Shown: piece after piece, positions 17,601-20,000 of the stretch
Position numbering within the stretch: position 1 is the stretch's first letter
How the letters are laid out: the number at the start of each line of letters is the position of its first letter
IMG/VR virus record: IMGVR_UViG_3300007345_000031
Length of the DNA stretch: 20,000 nt
Strand: one strand, 5' to 3'
Source of the DNA: an uncultured virus (IMG/VR IMGVR_UViG_3300007345_000031)
Lineage: Duplodnaviria; Heunggongvirae; Uroviricota; Caudoviricetes
Made by a program: the position numbers and the translations under genes
Notes under the pieces: generated by a model
What the model saw: the letters and a program-made list of their open reading frames with translations, nothing else
Told to the model about the DNA's origin: nothing
Database searches by the model: none

Positions 17601-19514
17601 CAAGGACATCAAGGAGACACCGGAGCTCAAGGTAATCAAGGACATCAAGGTGATACTGGAGCACAGGGTAATCAAGGACATCAAGGAGACACCGGAGCTC
17701 AAGGTAATCAAGGTTATCAAGGCAATCAGGGCACTGAAGGTAATTTCGGTGGTGCCACATTCTATTACACCTTTGAAACAAATACTACAGATGCCAATCC
17801 TGGTGCTGGAGATTTAAGATTAGACAACTCTACGCAAAATGCTGCAACTGGTATCTATATCTGTGATACTGATGAGAGCGGTAATGATATATCATCTTAT
17901 CTACAAACTATTGATGACTCTACGAGCACTATCAAGGGCCATGTCAAAATTTCAAACAAAACAGACGCAAGTCAATTCATATTATTCACAATTTCCAGCC
18001 TGACTGACAACACTGGTTATTTTGATATTACAGTAAGTCCTGTTGACTCATCAGCAACCAATCCATTTAGTGATGGTGAAGACATTATCATTACTTTTGC
18101 TAGAACTGGTGATAAAGGAGACACTGGAGCTCAAGGCAATCAAGGTTATCAAGGTAACACTGGAGCACAAGGAGACACTGGTGCTCAAGGTAATCAAGGT
18201 AACACTGGAGCACAAGGAGACACTGGTGCTCAAGGTAATCAAGGTAATCAAGGTGATACTGGTGCTCAAGGTAATCAAGGTAATCAAGGACATCAAGGAG
18301 ACACTGGTGCTCAAGGTAATCAAGGACATCAAGGTGATACCGGAGCTCAAGGTAATCAAGGTCATCAAGGAGACACCGGAGCTCAAGGTAATCAAGGGCA
18401 TCAAGGAGACACTGGTGCTCAAGGTAATCAAGGACATCAAGGAGACACTGGTGCTCAAGGTAATCAAGGACATCAAGGACATCAAGGTGATACGGGTGCA
18501 CAAGGAGATGTTGGTGCACAAGGTAATCAAGGACATCAAGGACATCAAGGTGATACGGGTGCACAAGGAGATGTTGGTGCACAAGGTAATCAAGGACATC
18601 AAGGACATCAAGGTGATACTGGTGCACAAGGTAATCAAGGACATCAAGGACATCAAGGTGATACCGGAGCACAGGGAAATCAAGGATATCAAGGTGATAC
18701 TGGAGCACAGGGTAATCAAGGACATCAAGGTGATACCGGAGCACAGGGAAATCAAGGTTATCAAGGCGATGATGGTGCTCAAGGATTCCAAGGTGAAGCT
18801 GGAGGTGGAGGCGGCGGTGGTGGATTTGACACCGGAATCACAACCTCTGCTTATGCTTCTTCATCGGATGATATTGATGGATTCACTGCTATTGGTGTCA
18901 CTTTCCCGGCAACTGCAAGTAAGAGATATGTCATTGAAAGTGTGCACATCACAAATGTGACAGCAAGTGATTTGTATGTGACCACTAGAATGGATTATGA
19001 TGGTGGACAGAATGTTCCAATCACGAATAAAATTATTGTTCCTTATCAAGGTGCACTAGAAGTTGTTGATCAACCACTGGTCGCAAATCCATCAGACAAT
19101 CTTCGTTTTGCTTCTTATGCTGGTCTCGGAACTAATCCTGCAGGAGTTGCAAATGGTCTTGATTGTTGGATTACATATAAGCAAGATGATGCAACGGATT
19201 ATATTGGAATCGGTTCAAATATTACTGCAACCACAGATCAAACAGTCTTTACTTCTGTCACTAATCCATCAGTAATTAATACGATTGTGCTTGCAAATTA
19301 TAGTGATACTGTAGATGTTGATGCATCTATTTCTATTTTCAGAGGTGGTTCTGTTCGTGTTGGATATCTGGCATATAATCTTACGATTCCTCAAAACAGC
19401 AATGTTCAGATTCTTCCAAGACAAAAGAGAATCGAAGCCACTGATACAATTGTTGCCACAGCATCAGTTGCAAATGCTTTAACTGTGAATGTTGCAGGCA
19501 AATATATAACCTGA
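14652..19514 (+). CDS. Giant collagen-like virion fibre protein, 1620 aa
   Basis: N-terminal fibre anchor ([13 protein letters not shown]...[12 protein letters not shown]) and [17 protein letters not shown] fibre motif. Then four long Gly-X-Y blocks separated by three related ~120-aa domains, a poly-Gly linker and a ~230-aa C-terminal beta-rich region. Confidence 0.88.
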   Translation: MADPTIRIKRSSVAGKIPTGDQLSLGEIALNTYDGKFYASKNVGIGTTVFAVNTWSAGVGTNYYDTYFTEGNVGIGTTIPTSKLHVGGDILVSGFSTVSNIKIENSLYDSNNNVGSSGSVLSSTGSNLIWISQVAGNQGFQGAQGNQGYQGNTGSQGAAGSTGAQGSQGTSGSQGNQGNQGDTGVQGSTGAQGATGSQGATGAQGATGAQGDVGAQGNQGNQGNQGTSGSQGNQGNQGDTGAQGAQGATGAQGDTGAQGAQGDTGAQGNEGDTGAQGDTGAQGNQGDTGAQGNQGNQGNQGATGTQGNQGNQGDTGAQGNQGDTGAQGATGAQGNQGNDGNFGGATFDYTFSTTTTDSDPGQGNLRFNNATLSSATLMYIDDEDDNGTDIQSFLRTIDDSTSTIKGHVRVSNKLDAGDFALFTISGTNVEATGYHKVTVTFVSGSASSFSDSEDIIVTFARTGNIGDTGAQGAQGNQGATGTGAQGDTGAQGNQGHQGLTGSGAQGAQGDTGAQGNQGDTGAQGATGAQGNQGDTGAQGNQGDTGAQGDTGAQGNQGDTGAQGNQGDTGAQGATGAQGAQGDVGAQGNQGHQGDTGAQGNQGDTGAQGATGAQGNQGNQGNQGNQGNQGNTGDTGAQGATGNTGAQGAQGNQGNQGYQGDQGDKGGLLYLFDGASQASDPSNGDVRFNNATFGSVTIVYVDGLTSDAANIETYVDTWGDSTNTVKGHLIIKSNTNSDVTYCIFEVTGVSAQTGWTNINVQNPVGSAPSDNESIVLEFIRSGDIGAQGAQGAQGNQGYQGDTGAQGNQGHQGDTGAQGNQGNQGDTGAQGATGAQGDVGAQGNQGNQGDVGAQGAQGATGAQGDVGAQGNQGHQGHQGATGAQGDVGAQGNQGNQGNQGATGAQGDTGAQGNQGHQGDTGAQGNQGHQGDTGAQGNQGHQGDTGAQGNQGHQGDTGAQGNQGYQGDTGAQGNQGYQGDTGAQGNQGHQGDTGAQGNQGHQGDTGAQGNQGHQGDTGAQGNQGYQGNQGTEGNFGGATFYYTFETNTTDANPGAGDLRLDNSTQNAATGIYICDTDESGNDISSYLQTIDDSTSTIKGHVKISNKTDASQFILFTISSLTDNTGYFDITVSPVDSSATNPFSDGEDIIITFARTGDKGDTGAQGNQGYQGNTGAQGDTGAQGNQGNTGAQGDTGAQGNQGNQGDTGAQGNQGNQGHQGDTGAQGNQGHQGDTGAQGNQGHQGDTGAQGNQGHQGDTGAQGNQGHQGDTGAQGNQGHQGHQGDTGAQGDVGAQGNQGHQGHQGDTGAQGDVGAQGNQGHQGHQGDTGAQGNQGHQGHQGDTGAQGNQGYQGDTGAQGNQGHQGDTGAQGNQGYQGDDGAQGFQGEAGGGGGGGGFDTGITTSAYASSSDDIDGFTAIGVTFPATASKRYVIESVHITNVTASDLYVTTRMDYDGGQNVPITNKIIVPYQGALEVVDQPLVANPSDNLRFASYAGLGTNPAGVANGLDCWITYKQDDATDYIGIGSNITATTDQTVFTSVTNPSVINTIVLANYSDTVDVDASISIFRGGSVRVGYLAYNLTIPQNSNVQILPRQKRIEATDTIVATASVANALTVNVAGKYIT
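15057..15677 (+). repeat. Collagen block 1 (69 Gly-X-Y triplets)
   Basis: 621 nt of 9-bp units ([15 protein letters not shown]) in uninterrupted register. Confidence 0.9.
16038..16643 (+). repeat. Collagen block 2 (66 triplets plus two Gly-X interruptions)
   Basis: 606 nt; the register breaks at GAT-GT-GAQ and GLT-GS-GAQ. Confidence 0.9.
16992..17747 (+). repeat. Collagen block 3 (84 triplets)
   Basis: 756 nt; includes a tandem run of the 36-bp unit [10 protein letters not shown](H/Y)Q at about 17361-17720. Confidence 0.9.
18108..18800 (+). repeat. Collagen block 4 (77 triplets)
   Basis: 693 nt; 36-bp units plus a duplicated 63-bp unit ([21 protein letters not shown]) at about 18486-18611. 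Confidence 0.9.
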
Positions 19515-19520
19515 TATAAT
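19492..19520 (+). promoter_or_regulatory. Host sigma70-type promoter (TTGCAG-17 nt-TATAAT, extended -10 TGn) upstream of the oxygenase
   Basis: TTGCAG at 19492-19497, a 17-nt spacer, and TATAAT at 19515-19520 preceded by TGA (the fibre gene stop codon), giving TGnTATAAT. Confidence 0.55.
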
Positions 19521-19541
19521 TAGAATATTTGATTTGAATAT

Positions 19542-20000
19542 ATGTTTAATATTAAACAGGGGGATATTTTTCCTACCAGGTTTTATAGTGTAGATATTTT
19601 TGAGCACGATGAAAATCAAAAATATAAAAACTTTTTGATTGATATGTCGAAAAAGACACCCGGAACTGTGAGGAGTAATCGTGGTGGGTGGCAGAGTGAA
19701 ACAAATTTGTGGGAACATGAAGTATTCAAACCACTACTAGAAAAGACGACGGCAATTACTCAAAGTATTATTGAAAATTTATCAAAGAATCGTCCACAGA
19801 TGGTGATTCGTTCAATGTGGGGTAATATAAATCCAAAAGGTGGAATGAACTTTACCCATGTTCATCCATCTGGCTGGATGAGTGGAGTTTACTATATACA
19901 ATTGCCACAGGGAACAGATGTAATTAACTTTGAGGATCCAAGACCTGCAAGAATGATGGATTTTCAAATGTCTTGTATTGTGAACGATGAATACTTTGCA
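19542..20000 (+). CDS. Putative 2OG-Fe(II) oxygenase, TIGR02466 / 2OG-FeII_Oxy_5 type (3' end truncated by the window); not in the ORF track
   Basis: Manual translation, 153 codons open to the window end: MFNIKQGDIFPTRFYSVD...RSNRGGWQS...MWGNINPKGGMNFTHVHPSGWMSGVYYIQLP...FEDPRP. Contains the family motifs FPT, SN.GGWQS, W.N.N..G..N..H.H, SGVYY and F.DPRP. Confidence 0.85.
   Translation, partial: MFNIKQGDIFPTRFYSVDIFEHDENQKYKNFLIDMSKKTPGTVRSNRGGWQSETNLWEHEVFKPLLEKTTAITQSIIENLSKNRPQMVIRSMWGNINPKGGMNFTHVHPSGWMSGVYYIQLPQGTDVINFEDPRPARMMDFQMSCIVNDEYFA

Noticed and set aside
15057..18800. Repeat arrays considered as a CRISPR array or a DGR template/variable repeat pair
   Set aside because: The units are contiguous in-frame Gly-X-Y codons with no unique spacers. 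Differences are not adenine-specific, and there is no cas or reverse transcriptase gene in the window.
15052..18960. Long alternative-frame and antisense ORFs over the collagen gene (KVIKVLK-, LITLSTS- and LDYLEH-rich, up to 305 aa)
   Set aside because: They are shadows of the 9-bp repeats, which lack stops in several frames. They largely coincide with the collagen blocks and show no recognisable domains.
19479..19718. 79-aa minus-strand ORF in the ORF track
   Set aside because: It is antisense to the motif-supported oxygenase ORF starting at 19542, which the track missed because it has no stop within the window.

Overview
AT-rich, gene-dense window from the late structural region of a T4-like myophage; the gene set and order point to a cyanophage (Kyanoviridae-like). 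All real genes are on the + strand: gp8 baseplate wedge, a 2702-aa VrlC/DUF4815-type virion protein, a 75-aa conserved hypothetical, a 58-aa NblA-like ORF missed by the ORF track (9952-10128), gp13, gp14, gp15 and gp16. No gp17 follows gp16. Instead there is an inserted cassette with its own late promoters: two small fibre-associated proteins and a 1620-aa proline-free collagen fibre with four Gly-X-Y blocks (about 296 triplets) separated by three homologous ~120-aa domains. A TIGR02466-type 2OG-Fe(II) oxygenase, preceded by a sigma70-like promoter, runs off the right end. T4-type late promoters (ATAAATA) precede five genes. Family calls come from motif recognition and synteny, not database searches.
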